A DNA stretch of 48,438 bases from Perkinsus chesapeaki ATCC PRA-425 (lineage: Eukaryota > Protista > Perkinsozoa), in the NCBI GenBank assembly GCA_013115145.1, contig JAAPAO010000240.1:1-48438 (forward strand). The letters run 5' to 3'. Below, piece by piece: positions 36,048 to 46,972 of this stretch; position 1 is the stretch's first letter, and each line of letters opens with the position of its first letter. The position numbers and the translations under genes were made by a program. The notes beneath the pieces were generated by a model that saw nothing but the letters and a program-made list of their open reading frames with translations, was not told the DNA's origin and ran no database searches.

Positions 36048-37049
36048 ATGCTTCGTTTGATAAGTTTTGTCATATTCGGAGTCAGCCCTATCGCGTTGCT
36101 CTTCGCTCAAGAGCAGGGCGAAGCATGGGATGACTATTGCCGATACCACAACGGTGCCATGAGCACTTGTGCTATTTTGTCGAACAGCGAAATGGGCTGT
36201 ACACCGGAGGGCCCAGCTTGTGGTAGGGGAGAGGTGCCACCTGTCGCTATATTCGGTATTATTGTTGATGAAGCCGCTACGACCATCACCAGCACTAGTA
36301 CCACATCTACGCCTTCGCCGAGGATCGATGTTAATCAGATTCGAGACAGTTGCGACCACTACTGCCAAGCCGTGAATAACGATGAGGACTCCTACTGTAA
36401 ATGGTGGCTCGAAAATGCTGTATGTATTGGCGGTGATCAACCCTGCGGCACTCCAAGTCTCTGCGAGTTGCCAAGGACCTCGAATCCAACCGAAGGCGCC
36501 GAGGAAGCCGAGGGTGATGGGTTGTATTACGAAGAATGCGACGTTATGTGCCAAAGCATTAACAACGACGATTCCTCGTTTTGTAAATGGTGGCTCGACA
36601 TACCCGTGTGCAAACATGGTAACCAGCCCTGTGGTAATGCTGATGAATGCAGATCAAAGGAGTGGCCATTACCGAGGCCAGCCCCTCAAGATACGGAAGA
36701 AGTCCCCGGGCATCCGCGTCACTCGCCGGCTTGCGACTCCCACTGTCAATCTCTGAACGATGACAGTTCCTACTGCAAATGGTGGAAGGCCGAACCTGTC
36801 TGTCGAGGTGGTGATCAACCATGTGGGCCAAGTGATTGTAGCCCTGGCGATTTTACGACCTCCACAGCGCCTCCGGAGAGACACTCGGGGCCCGATATGA
36901 ATTGCGATGCCTATTGTAGAGATCTGAACCCGACGACTACGGCTGGCGAATCCTACTGCAAGTGGTGGATGCATGTACCGGTGTGCAAGAATGGCGATCA
37001 GCAGTGCAACCCTTCTGTTTGCTCACAGTACTCTACGTCTGTTCCGTAA
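36048..37049 (+). CDS. Secreted Cys-rich repeat protein (four CKWW modules)
   Basis: Signal peptide MLRLISFVIFGVSPIALLFAQ. Four C-D-x2-C-x3-N...S-[YF]-C-K-W-W...V-C-x2-G-x-Q-x-C repeats plus one degenerate N-terminal repeat, joined by Pro/Thr linkers. Confidence 0.9.
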   Translation: MLRLISFVIFGVSPIALLFAQEQGEAWDDYCRYHNGAMSTCAILSNSEMGCTPEGPACGRGEVPPVAIFGIIVDEAATTITSTSTTSTPSPRIDVNQIRDSCDHYCQAVNNDEDSYCKWWLENAVCIGGDQPCGTPSLCELPRTSNPTEGAEEAEGDGLYYEECDVMCQSINNDDSSFCKWWLDIPVCKHGNQPCGNADECRSKEWPLPRPAPQDTEEVPGHPRHSPACDSHCQSLNDDSSYCKWWKAEPVCRGGDQPCGPSDCSPGDFTTSTAPPERHSGPDMNCDAYCRDLNPTTTAGESYCKWWMHVPVCKNGDQQCNPSVCSQYSTSVP

Positions 37050-39976
37050 CATCAACTATATACATATTGTCACGATGCCACCCTATCAGCATGGGGTTCA
37101 TAACAATTTCTGCAGTCGCATGTGCTTTTTGTGATATTGGTTTGTTAAATTACAGTGTTGAGTCAGAACAGTAGCGCCGCTGATGATGATGAAAAGGTCA
37201 CGAGAAAGCGTAAAGCGAAATCCTAACGCTTAGTCCATGGGGGAGCTGAGCCGACCATGGAAAACGGGGAAGAACAATCTCGACGGTTTGATAACACAAG
37301 ATCAGATCAAATCTTCCTCGCTGGTCGGCTCTGGGATCCGACCTGTCTTGTCGCTCCTGATCTTAGTAGAGCAAGAGCATGCTCAGCCATTATAATGTTG
37401 GGAGTTGCCAGGTCTCAACTTCAGCGTCGCCAGGCAGGACCGGAGCTCTGCGGCTTTAGCGGCACCTTTGTTGCAGAGACGTGCATGACCGACGAGAGGA
37501 CTTGCTTGGGTTTTCATCCAATACACATAGTGTTAAGAGCAGCTTCATAAACTGGCCATGCAAAAAATACAGTGTCTTGCCTTCGCGAGCCGATCCTCAA
37601 TAAACATAACAGCAAGACCAGTGCATGGGTAAATCATCTGGTTCCAGCGGATCGAGTCGTGTGGCACGACTCGTGTCAGACAGATGCCGCTAGACATACC
37701 AATGTTTGAGCGACACAAGATAGACTGTCTATCATAGACATCGATATATATAGGCATACATTAGAACAGCAAATGCCATATACATATCCAGTCGGCAATC
37801 GACCGCTGGCAATATGCCCAAGCCCAGATGAATGACCAGCATGAACTTGCACGTAGTGTCGTAGCTACTGAACTCCAGCCAGCTCGGCTGAGGCAAGCCA
37901 ATGTTAAAGATCTCCGTGGCGAACGATCCCTTTGCATCAAGTCTGCACACGGAGACGCGAATAAACTGCTGTTCTTCCCGTTCCAGGCTATAGGCCGTGA
38001 AAGCCCCAAGCAGGAACCTTCGCTAAACACAGGAAATGACCGACATATGGCTGAGCATCATCACGACCATCCTGTGCTCTACCAGCAGACTCTTCTGCTG
38101 ATCTGCCTCGGCAGCTCTCGCTTCAGGAGGCTTGCACCCTATATGTAACCACCAGTGAATAAATGCCTATAGAATGCATCAGATAGAACTCGCTCGGCAT
38201 AGGCCATAAATGTGCAACTCCTGGGGAGTGATATCTCTCAGTCACGTGCTGCGCTTCGAAGGTTCGACTTCTTCAACACATCATCCAATCTCACTCAGTC
38301 CTGGCTTCACCGACCACATTGCCGCCTTCGCCTCGAGTATTAGTAATGGCGCAGCCGAGGATGTTGACGGAAGACCGTTAGCCAGTGCTATGTAGCGCCG
38401 AGCAAGAAAATCTCAACAGAAGCTTCCTGCTGAGAGGCTTTCTGTCAGAAAGCCTGGCCAAAGGCGCATAGGTACAAAGTAGTGAGATCCGTAGCCGGTC
38501 ACATGCCATTCACCTAAAGCACCGATGTAATGTTGAGCCCTGTAAGATACGGACATTGAAGGCAGGTGTGTGTGAGTTCATAGTCCAACGCCGAGATTGG
38601 CTTAGTTAGACTATCCATTCTCTGTGCAGCTTCAGAGCGAGAGTTTAATACCTAAACTGTTATTGTCACTGGAGGGTTTACCAAAAACGAATGTAGCTAG
38701 TCTCAAGAGATCCTACTCCTCCTAGCAGAATTCACTTACATGACCAAGGGCCTGTGTACAACTACCAAAACACAATGGCTCCCTAGGTGCGAGACCACAA
38801 GCTTCATCTCTAGGACTCAAGACAGGTATTCGGACTTGTCAACCACCGCAGATCTGAAACAACCCCAAACAAGGTGACGGCAAACACCGAGTTCTAGATG
38901 AGCGACAAGAATACCGGCATCCAATAGCATCTCATGGGGTAAACCAACCGGGCCATAAATACGACCACATAGTGATCACCGAAACCCTAGGCGGAACACA
39001 TGGATCAGTAGAAGAGTCGAGAGACCACAGCAAGATTCAAAAGCCCTCAACAATCACGAAGCCAATATCAAACACCGTAGCATCAACCCTTCTTGACCCA
39101 GCACAGTTCCTGGCAGATAGGAGACCCCAACACCTCCTACATCTTAGTCTTTGTACTAAGATATGTTCACTTGGCGAGCAACAACTAGCTGCAGGAAAAT
39201 GCACGAAGACATTAAAAAAATAAATAAATAGTGTAAAATAGGGGAAGAGAAAAAGAATCGTGTGTTTTCGCCACAAACTTGAGCCAGCATGGCAACAATC
39301 TACGCTCCGACAACAATCATCCTGCCGTTACAAATACAAATGCATAATCTAGCTTGCACAGGATTGTGTGGCAACACAAATATATGTGAGGAACCGACTC
39401 CGGCTCGAACTGTACCTCCAAGAACTTACCGTGCTCGAACCTATACCGTGCTTTCCAAGTCCACTAGAAAAAAAGGGCGTGGTGGGAGAACCGACGTGTG
39501 AAAGCATTCCGGTATAGGCATACTGGCCCAGTATCATACTGGGCTATAATACCTTAATTCCACAGTACCTTAATACAGTTAGCTACATTGAGCTATGCAA
39601 GTAATGTAGTAACAAAGCAACTACAACTACTTTATGTATCAATTACAGTAACTGCTCTATAACACGGCGACTAGCTGAGGTGAAAGCTGAGGGTTTCTCA
39701 AGAATGGAGGAAGGGGGGTTGAAGGTAAATCTCTGGCGACCCAGCAAGCGAACTTTGCCGATCACAGCGCGCTATGGCCCCCAAGTGCGCGTCGCAGTTC
39801 GCCGAACTGTGACGCGCCTTGGAGCCATCACATCGCAGGCCAATGATTGGACAAAACTGAGTTCGTGCGTCAGGGAGCCAAGCTACAAGAGCTCTTTTCT
39901 GGATATCTCACCTCGTCATCCCCGAAAGCCTTCGTACTACATCGGAATCGAGCTTCGTTTCCAGCTCTTTATAACT

Positions 39977-40816
39977 ATGACAACTCTCGCCATCATTCTT
40001 CTCGCGTATCTCCACGGGTTCCGGCAAGTTAGTAGCGAAGCCTTCGGCCCGCGTGGGATGTACTGTTCACTTGAACCCAGTAGTGGCTATCGTGATCTAC
40101 CTCGAGTGGCGGTGCACTTCTTCCCCGGAGAGTATCTCTCAAGAACGATGAGAACCCTTGGTGGCATCTTTAGAACTTACGTCCTGTCGAAAGACCTTCA
40201 TTACTTGGCAATTGGCAATGGAGAACTCAATTATCAAGTTCTTCGCCGTACCAACGACTCCATGAGAGTGTCTATATCCGCCAGCATTGCCCTGGAACAC
40301 TTGGAAGAAACTTCGGGCTTGAGTCGGGGCGATCTTCACCGGATGCGCTACGATGAGGACCGCTCTCACATTCTGATCAAGACTTCGAAGGGCAGCTTGC
40401 GATTATCTTATCTTGGATGCCAACGTTACTTAGTTGGTCAGACTTTCTGTTCTCCACCCGCGGCAGATGATCGCGTTCTGGGTTTAGCCATCACCATAAG
40501 ACATCGAAGAAGGTACCAAGAGCTGGATATTTCTATCAAACGGAAAAGGGTGTACCGAGGGTCATTTTCGTTGGATACGGATCGCTTTCCTATGAGGATC
40601 GGACTCACCAAGTCCAAGGAGAAGGACTTCGATGGCATCCTGAACGTTATGCCCAACGGCACAGAAGCATCCCATGAATATTTCTGGAACCGTGGTGAGG
40701 CTCTCGCCTGGGATCCAATATTGGAGAAAATAACTCTACATTTTGGAGCCTGGGTATCTAGGAGCACTGGGCCGACACCACCGGATGTTCTCTTGTCAAA
40801 TGGTTTCTGTCGATGA
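39977..40816 (+). CDS. Secreted hypothetical protein, intronless FGPRGMYCS family (279 aa)
   Basis: The likely true start is the ATG at 39977 (MTTLAIILLAYLHGFRQVSSEAFGPRGMYCS). Collinear with 760-1596 to the C-terminus. Confidence 0.85.
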   Translation: MTTLAIILLAYLHGFRQVSSEAFGPRGMYCSLEPSSGYRDLPRVAVHFFPGEYLSRTMRTLGGIFRTYVLSKDLHYLAIGNGELNYQVLRRTNDSMRVSISASIALEHLEETSGLSRGDLHRMRYDEDRSHILIKTSKGSLRLSYLGCQRYLVGQTFCSPPAADDRVLGLAITIRHRRRYQELDISIKRKRVYRGSFSLDTDRFPMRIGLTKSKEKDFDGILNVMPNGTEASHEYFWNRGEALAWDPILEKITLHFGAWVSRSTGPTPPDVLLSNGFCR

Positions 40817-41379
40817 TGCAATCCTTCGAGAGAAGACGTATGTGATAGTCCAACTGAGATCCTAAGGCTCTAGAATCTAAAGGATTCTCAAAAGCCAAAA
40901 TGTCAGAATTACCAAGCTAACTTGGTTTGACCAAGTGATTGTTCTGTCGCAAAGCGATGTTGATCGGTGCCGCTGTGAAATATGTCACGATGGATTCTCT
41001 CAGATCTACACAGCCTGCGATTTGTCATGATGTTGCGTTTATATAGTAACCTTCAATTGATGTCACACATCGTGACTGAGTGTGATGAGTACCATCAATA
41101 AAGTTATAGGCAGTAATCGTTCAGCAAAAAGCAGTTCGATATGGTTAGTTCACGGTATGGGGTATCCTGCCGTACTGGTCAAATCAACTTTATTTCGAAT
41201 CCTATCCCCAGGGGTACTTGCGTTGTAGCCATATACTGCGTCCTGGGCCCAAATATTGCACACGCTGAACGAACACTCGATAAGGTGTCATTGACAGCGT
41301 GCTGAATCACCACTGCGGGTGATCATGTGATATGATCCATATCCTGATTGTTGTTTGCTTAGCCGGTTGCATCCTTTTC

Positions 41380-43533
41380 ATGGGTAATTCTCTCTTCCTA
41401 GGAACGGATTACTGCGTTTTCAAAATCAAGTACGGAAACGAGGCTTTCAGGGTTAGGATTGGAGGTGGTCATTCTCAACAACATGCGGTCCTGAACGAGT
41501 AAGGTGCTATATAACATTCATCTGTGCTGTGGAACAATACACTATCGTGGTTTAATCTTACTAAGCCTATGTCAAGATTTTTTAGGTTGGTTACTGAAGC
41601 CTGGCCAGGTCTTAAAGGTGTTCCACACAATATTGTTGATGTTGAAGGAAATATCGTCATGGAGAAGAAGGATGATACTAAGAATAAAACTGATAGTGTG
41701 ACAGAAAACTACCCCGAACTAACACCTGACCCCTCTGGACTATTCCTCGAGTTCAAGCTCAGTGTGGAACTCGTAGGGAGAGCATCTGGGTCGGTGTCGA
41801 ATACATCTATTTTTCGTCACACAGCCAGTAGTATACTCAACTTCATATTACCTGCGGTGAAAGTAATGGATAAACATGAGGAGGCAATGTTGCATTTCAT
41901 TCCTTGTGGCGAGTGTTGTATGTACCCAACGGTCGGACGAAGGTGAGTCAAACACTTCTGAACTTTCAGCTTGAAATGGTTCAGCTAGTACCGCGCCATT
42001 TACGTTTTTGATACGTACCGTAAATGTTCGCCTGCTCCACATTCACTGTGTAACAGATCCTCCAGTGTTCTTGGTGCAGTACATCCCCTGTTGAAGTGGT
42101 CTCTTTCTAAGGTATCGCTGTTGGACCTGCCATCGGGACTTGTGCTTCCTTTGTTACCGTGAGCATGACAAAGGTCATTCGCTGGGGTCATGCAAGCAAC
42201 TGAATGATGGCTTGTGGGACAACTGCGATCTTTCGCGGATGTGCGAAAGATTTCAGAGCGATGGGACCAGTCAATTCCACCGTGTTGATAAGTGATCAGA
42301 TTTACCTCATTTACATCGTCATTTCTTCTTTATAAGATGGTCCTCTACACTTTCAGCTTGAAATGGTTCAGCTAGTACCGCGCCATTTACGTTTTTGATA
42401 CGTACCGTAAATGTTCGCCTGCTCTACATTCACTGTGTAACAGATCCTCCAGTGTTCTTGGTGCAGTACATCCCCTGTTGAAGCGGTCTCTTTCTAAGGT
42501 ATCGCTGTTGGACCTGCCATCGGGACTTGTGCTTCCTTTGTTACCGTGAGCATGACAAAGGTCATTCGCTGGGGTCATGCAAGCAACTAAATGATGGCTT
42601 GTGGGACAACTGCGATCTTTCGCGGATGTGCGAAAGACTTCAGAGCGATGGAACCGGTCAATTCCACCGTGTTGATAAGTGATCAGATTTACCTCATTTA
42701 CATCGTCATTTCTTCTTTATAAGATGGTCCTCTACACTTTGGCGAGAGAGTAGCGCCCGCGGCCAGGAACGACACAAGTATTTCTGGCCGTGAACAAGGA
42801 GGAAATGATATAGTTGGATACAAAGATTCTGGACTGACCCATTTCCTCCTAATATGCAATGGATGTGGTACCCATGCGCGAACATTAAGAAGGTGGGCTA
42901 AAATATCATGGCCAATCTTTGATTCGCGAACCTCAAGTATTTTCAGATATAAGTGCAATCTTGGAGAAAGGGTCAGCTTCTGCGAGAGGTGCTGCCGTAC
43001 CTATCAGAACATGATTGATAAGACTTGTTACAAAAGAGAGAGGGTTGTACAGCCTGGCTGCTGGGCCTCCGTCCCAGACAGCTGTCCAGGCCAAGGAAAG
43101 CCATGGGGATGGCACAAAGAACATAACGGCTTATATTGCGAAGATTGCAAGCGCCCTATATGTGGCAGAAGGTTAACTTGAGTTTGTAGAAACAGGTTAG
43201 TTGTACGTCATTCGATAGGTTCAACTGTGAGTGCTCTAATCTATGCTATGAATGCTATATCTCTCTCGGACAGAAAGCACACAGGGAGCGACACGAGTTC
43301 GAAGAGTATGCTGGCATTGTGGCCTTGTGGAGTTTCAGCACGAAACCGACGCCACCTGGTACCTCAAACCAGTGGGTCGTGTGCTAGTACGTATCTTCTC
43401 TCTGCCAGGCAAAAAAGCTGTCGAAGGTGCTGCTCCTTCAACTTCACTTAGAGTCAGAACTCTTTCGAAGGTCATGCTCAGGAGCATAATGGGATACTTT
43501 CTCGTCGTGTTAACCTGCTTCGCGACTTTTTAA
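41380..43533 (+). CDS. PB1 + three ZZ zinc finger protein (p62/NBR1-like architecture), about 437 aa, 7 exons
   Basis: Exons 41380-41498, 41577-41942, 42112-42281 (or 42499-42668), 42724-42892, 42947-43171, 43219-43358 and 43409-43533 join in frame via GT-AG introns. PB1-like VFKIKYGNEAFRVRI and DVEGNIV..DD. ZZ1 HFIPCGECCMYPTVGRRYRCWTCHRDLCFLCYREHDKGH, ZZ2 ICNGCG..RRYKC..FCERC, ZZ3 HNGLYCEDCKRPICGRRFNCECSNLCYECY..H...HEF. The first and last introns are the least certain. Confidence 0.8.
41962..42740. repeat. Tandem duplication, 387-bp unit, 2 copies
   Basis: 41962-42348 and 42349-42735 differ at 6 positions, all transitions. 5-bp microhomology ACTTT at the junctions. Confidence 0.97.
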
Positions 43534-44936
43534 TATTGTTCTCATTGATTCGGCTACCTATAACCCTACCTGATGGGTCTTTCTTGCGTTGATCAGATTT
43601 TTTCGCTCACAGTACTAATTGCTTGGGCTATACACTTCATCTACGGAGATGACCCTCGATTCTTCCACAGGTAAGCTTTTTGGTTGGCATCACTATAATA
43701 CTAGAACGTTAGGTAACTTGATGGTTAGGTAGCAAAACTGCAAGCTCCGCCATCCACATCCTCGCGTTCACGTTACGACGAGTTCTAACGCCCTTGGCTG
43801 TCCTAGACGAATCAGAAAAGATTCCTAAATTTCTGATTTCCTAGCAACTTGTGTTGCAGTCTCGATGCCCTTGAGGGCTCAGATGTCACATTACATCAAA
43901 TGATAGCTCTATAACCGGCATTCGGGGTCTCGCCGTGTTAGTTCACAATGTGACCGTCACATGAACGAACAAGGACTGTCTCGCTACAAACCTACATTGT
44001 AGCCTCGGGAACATAAGGCTCACTGGTTCACATGAGGTTCACCTGTCCCATGAATAACATCCTGCGAAACAATCGTGAATGTGAGCTCCTCGAGAATGCA
44101 CCTGGAAGGGCTCTCAAGAAATCTCTTATCTCAACATTTGGCAAGTTCTCTCGATATGCCCTCTCAAAAAAGTTTCGCGAGATAATTTCGCTGGGTAGTG
44201 CGAAACGCGGAACGCTCAACACTTACAGGCTGTAAGTTACAGCTACGAAGAGCATGACGCAGAATGTACGATAACCTATTTCATGCAATACCCAGCAGAG
44301 GGGGCCCCTCTGAGGGGCGCGGTGTGCTCGGCAGGAAATCCTCAACGACGTCCGGACACCCAATCAGGTTTTTCGGGGCTGGACTGGTGTGGCAGTCGGC
44401 CCACACGGGTGTATTCTACACCCGTGTGGGCAGTCTATTACACCGTGCATCTCATTACGCTTTATATTATATCTTTTTGCTACATCTGCATATCTGTGTA
44501 CTTGCAACTGTCTATAAGTATCTGTCGTATCACGGCACACGAACCTGTGACACAGGCCCTCGGTTGCGTAAGTGATTTCTGCTAGGAGGAGTAGGATCTC
44601 TCAACACCAGTTACGCTCCTCTTGGTGACCCATACAGTGATTTAAACTCTTCCCGAAGTTGCACATAGAGTGGATACCTTAAGCCGTTTCTGGCGTTGGA
44701 CCATAAACTCTCCCACACACGCCACACGAACACTATTGAACTTTATAAAACACACACATACAGACACATCAGAGCTCCTGGTCTTACTGATCCAGAAAGA
44801 TGCGGGTATATAAAAGCTGTTGGAACCTTTTGCAGGTTGACGCTCACTATAGTGTTCCTTTGGTGGCGCGAGATGCTCTTCACGTGAAGCAGCTTTTTTC
44901 AACTCGCGTTGCGATGGTTCCGAACCGGAACTTCCG

Positions 44937-45080
44937 ATGAGGATCCGCCATGTAAAAGCTTTCGTAGCTTGTCACATCATATTATGTTTTTTCGGCTTAC
45001 TGCCGCCGATAATGGGTCAAAGACTGGATCTAGATATCACATATGGATCCCTTAGCAGCTATGGTATAGGCGTGTTCTGC
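44937..45080 (+). pseudogene. 5' fragment of an aspartic protease gene
   Basis: MRIRHVKAFVACHII..LLPPIMGQRLDLDITYGSLSSYGIGVFC aligns with the gene at 48226. Similarity stops at ~45080, before the DTG motif. Confidence 0.8.
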
Positions 45081-46258
45081 TGCACAACTTCTGCATGTTC
45101 GATTGGGGTACTACTCCGAGAGATTATTGTTCAATAGTGTACTTTCCCGAATGTTAATTCCAAATAGTAATTAAGGGTCTCCGCTGGGTGGGATATGGTC
45201 TACTCGACCTTAAAAAGGTCAATTCAATCCTGGGCACTCTACTGAGTAGAGTCTAGTCGGGATTGACTGCGTCGGTTGACTATTATTTTAGTCCACACAC
45301 TTGGACACAGTGTTCATCTTTTATAACTGAACTTCAAGCTCGTAGCTTCAAGCCTCATAATACCGCCAAATGGTTGATGGGAAGAGCCTCTTCCCATCAC
45401 TGTCACTGTCAATCGGATTGACAGTACTCCCTCAGGGAGTAGATTCAGTGCTCCGGATAGTCAAGGCTAAACCTAGAAGGACGTTAGATCTTTACTCCTC
45501 GAAACCCGAGCTGCTCATCATCCCGTTAAGACACTCCGGAGGCATGAAGCTCGTGTTTCATTCGTGTACCTGAATTTAGCAATTTGTTCTCGATGCCAAC
45601 AGCCTTTATTACTAATAAGAGATAGAGGACGACGTCAAAATGAATCATAGATAAGGAAAGCAATTATACAGGGACATCCCTACCTGACATACGCACTATT
45701 GCCGCACAATCAGCCAGATCCAGGGAAACGGTCGCCGGAGACCACTGCTCGTAGTATACACGCGTGCAGCCCATTTCCTTGTAGGAGAATGAGAGTGGAT
45801 GGAACACTGTGGGGCGAGCTGCGGAGTCATCTTTCAAGCTTCCTGTACCGCTTTTCAAGAGAGTGCATCGGAGTTCTGGATTCCCAAGTGCAAGTGCTCC
45901 AAACTGTGCAGCATCTACACTGCCAATGATTTCAGCATTTTCGGGAATTTCAACACCAACGGAGGCTCTGTTGGTTGAAAATTGACTCCACTTGGAGCAT
46001 GGGTGAGAATTTGTGACTCATAAAGCCGGCAGAACTCGTATATACTTCTACTCTGATTTTTGCACGTACAAGAATACCAAAGGCTGCCGCATAAATACTC
46101 TATCCCAAACACTTATTGCTAATCCAAACAATCTCTTGCTATTATCTCTAGCTTACTGTCATTAAAATAATGGGTGCTGGCTAGTTATGGAGTCCATAAT
46201 ATGGACTATGTTATGTTAACACTAGTATTTGTTGGGGTGATTTGACGTTCTGTTGTAG

Positions 46259-46972
46259 GTAACGACACTCGCCAACAGGCTGCATCGAAGACCAAACGAG
46301 GACATCCATGTCCGATACTTTCTGGTGAAGTCCAATCGGATAGTACCTCGGAATATAGTGAATGTCACAAACAACGATGAGGAGATCTACCTCAGAGGAC
46401 TCCTCGCATCAGATTTCCCTAATGATGGTAGTGCGTACTATTTTACATGATAAGATAACGTTGTTTATTGTTCAGGTCTAAATATGTCCTTGGATGACGT
46501 TTTAAGTCACTATTATTGTTACCACCTCGTGACAGCATCAAGTGCAGGAATGGTTTGCACGTGCAAGGGTTGGAGAGATTGGGGCTGTTGTGGACATGCA
46601 TACGGAGCCGAGATCCTTTGCGGAACGCAAGTGAGGTACGATTATCTTGAATAATTTATCTACACCGTGTGGACTACACGATAACTACACTGAGTAAGAT
46701 TCGCACCGATCCCCTAGATACTACCCACATGATCGCCAGATTAGGAATGCGCGTAGAGGTCGCCCATCATCAAGAAGAAATCCGGCTGATGATAGATATA
46801 GACACCAGAATGGGCATGGTAGCATTCACGGGTTGATGGAAGAGGACAATCGCTTATGACAATCGTTTCAGGCACCGCTATCAGTGACAGTGACGTATCC
46901 ATTATTTCACATGCTTCGGATGACTCTCCAGCGGCCAATGACGCTAATGATGTTGACTCCATGAGCGAGTGA
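46259..46972 (+). mobile_element. SWIM zinc-finger gene, probably the C-terminus of a Mutator/MULE-like transposase (decayed upstream part ~45300-46110)
   Basis: Exon 46259-46427, 48-nt intron, exon 46476-46630 with CTCKGWRDWGCCGH (C-x-C-xn-C-x-H), and a later RRGRP motif. No terminal inverted repeats or DDE domain confirmed. Confidence 0.6.

Noticed and set aside
38030-38520. RISLLCTYAP as a LINE AP-endonuclease relic, and a 21-bp palindrome at 38435-38455
   Set aside because: GDFN and SDH motifs are not properly present. One short palindrome is of little weight in 48 kb.
39680-39976. N-terminal 99 aa of the 378-aa ORF
   Set aside because: The paralogue at 760 and the signal peptide place the start at the ATG at 39977. 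The extension has no homology.
42055-42100. QCSWCSTSPVE as the first CxxC of ZZ1
   Set aside because: It is out of frame with RYRC. The upstream exon (CGECCMYPTVGR|) supplies a better half at the conserved intron position.
42000-42578. Twin minus-strand 63-aa ORFs (MTPANDLCHAHG...) as integrase His-His fragments
   Set aside because: They are antisense shadows of the + strand ZZ exon, whose frame has the full Cys/His pattern and the synonymous changes.
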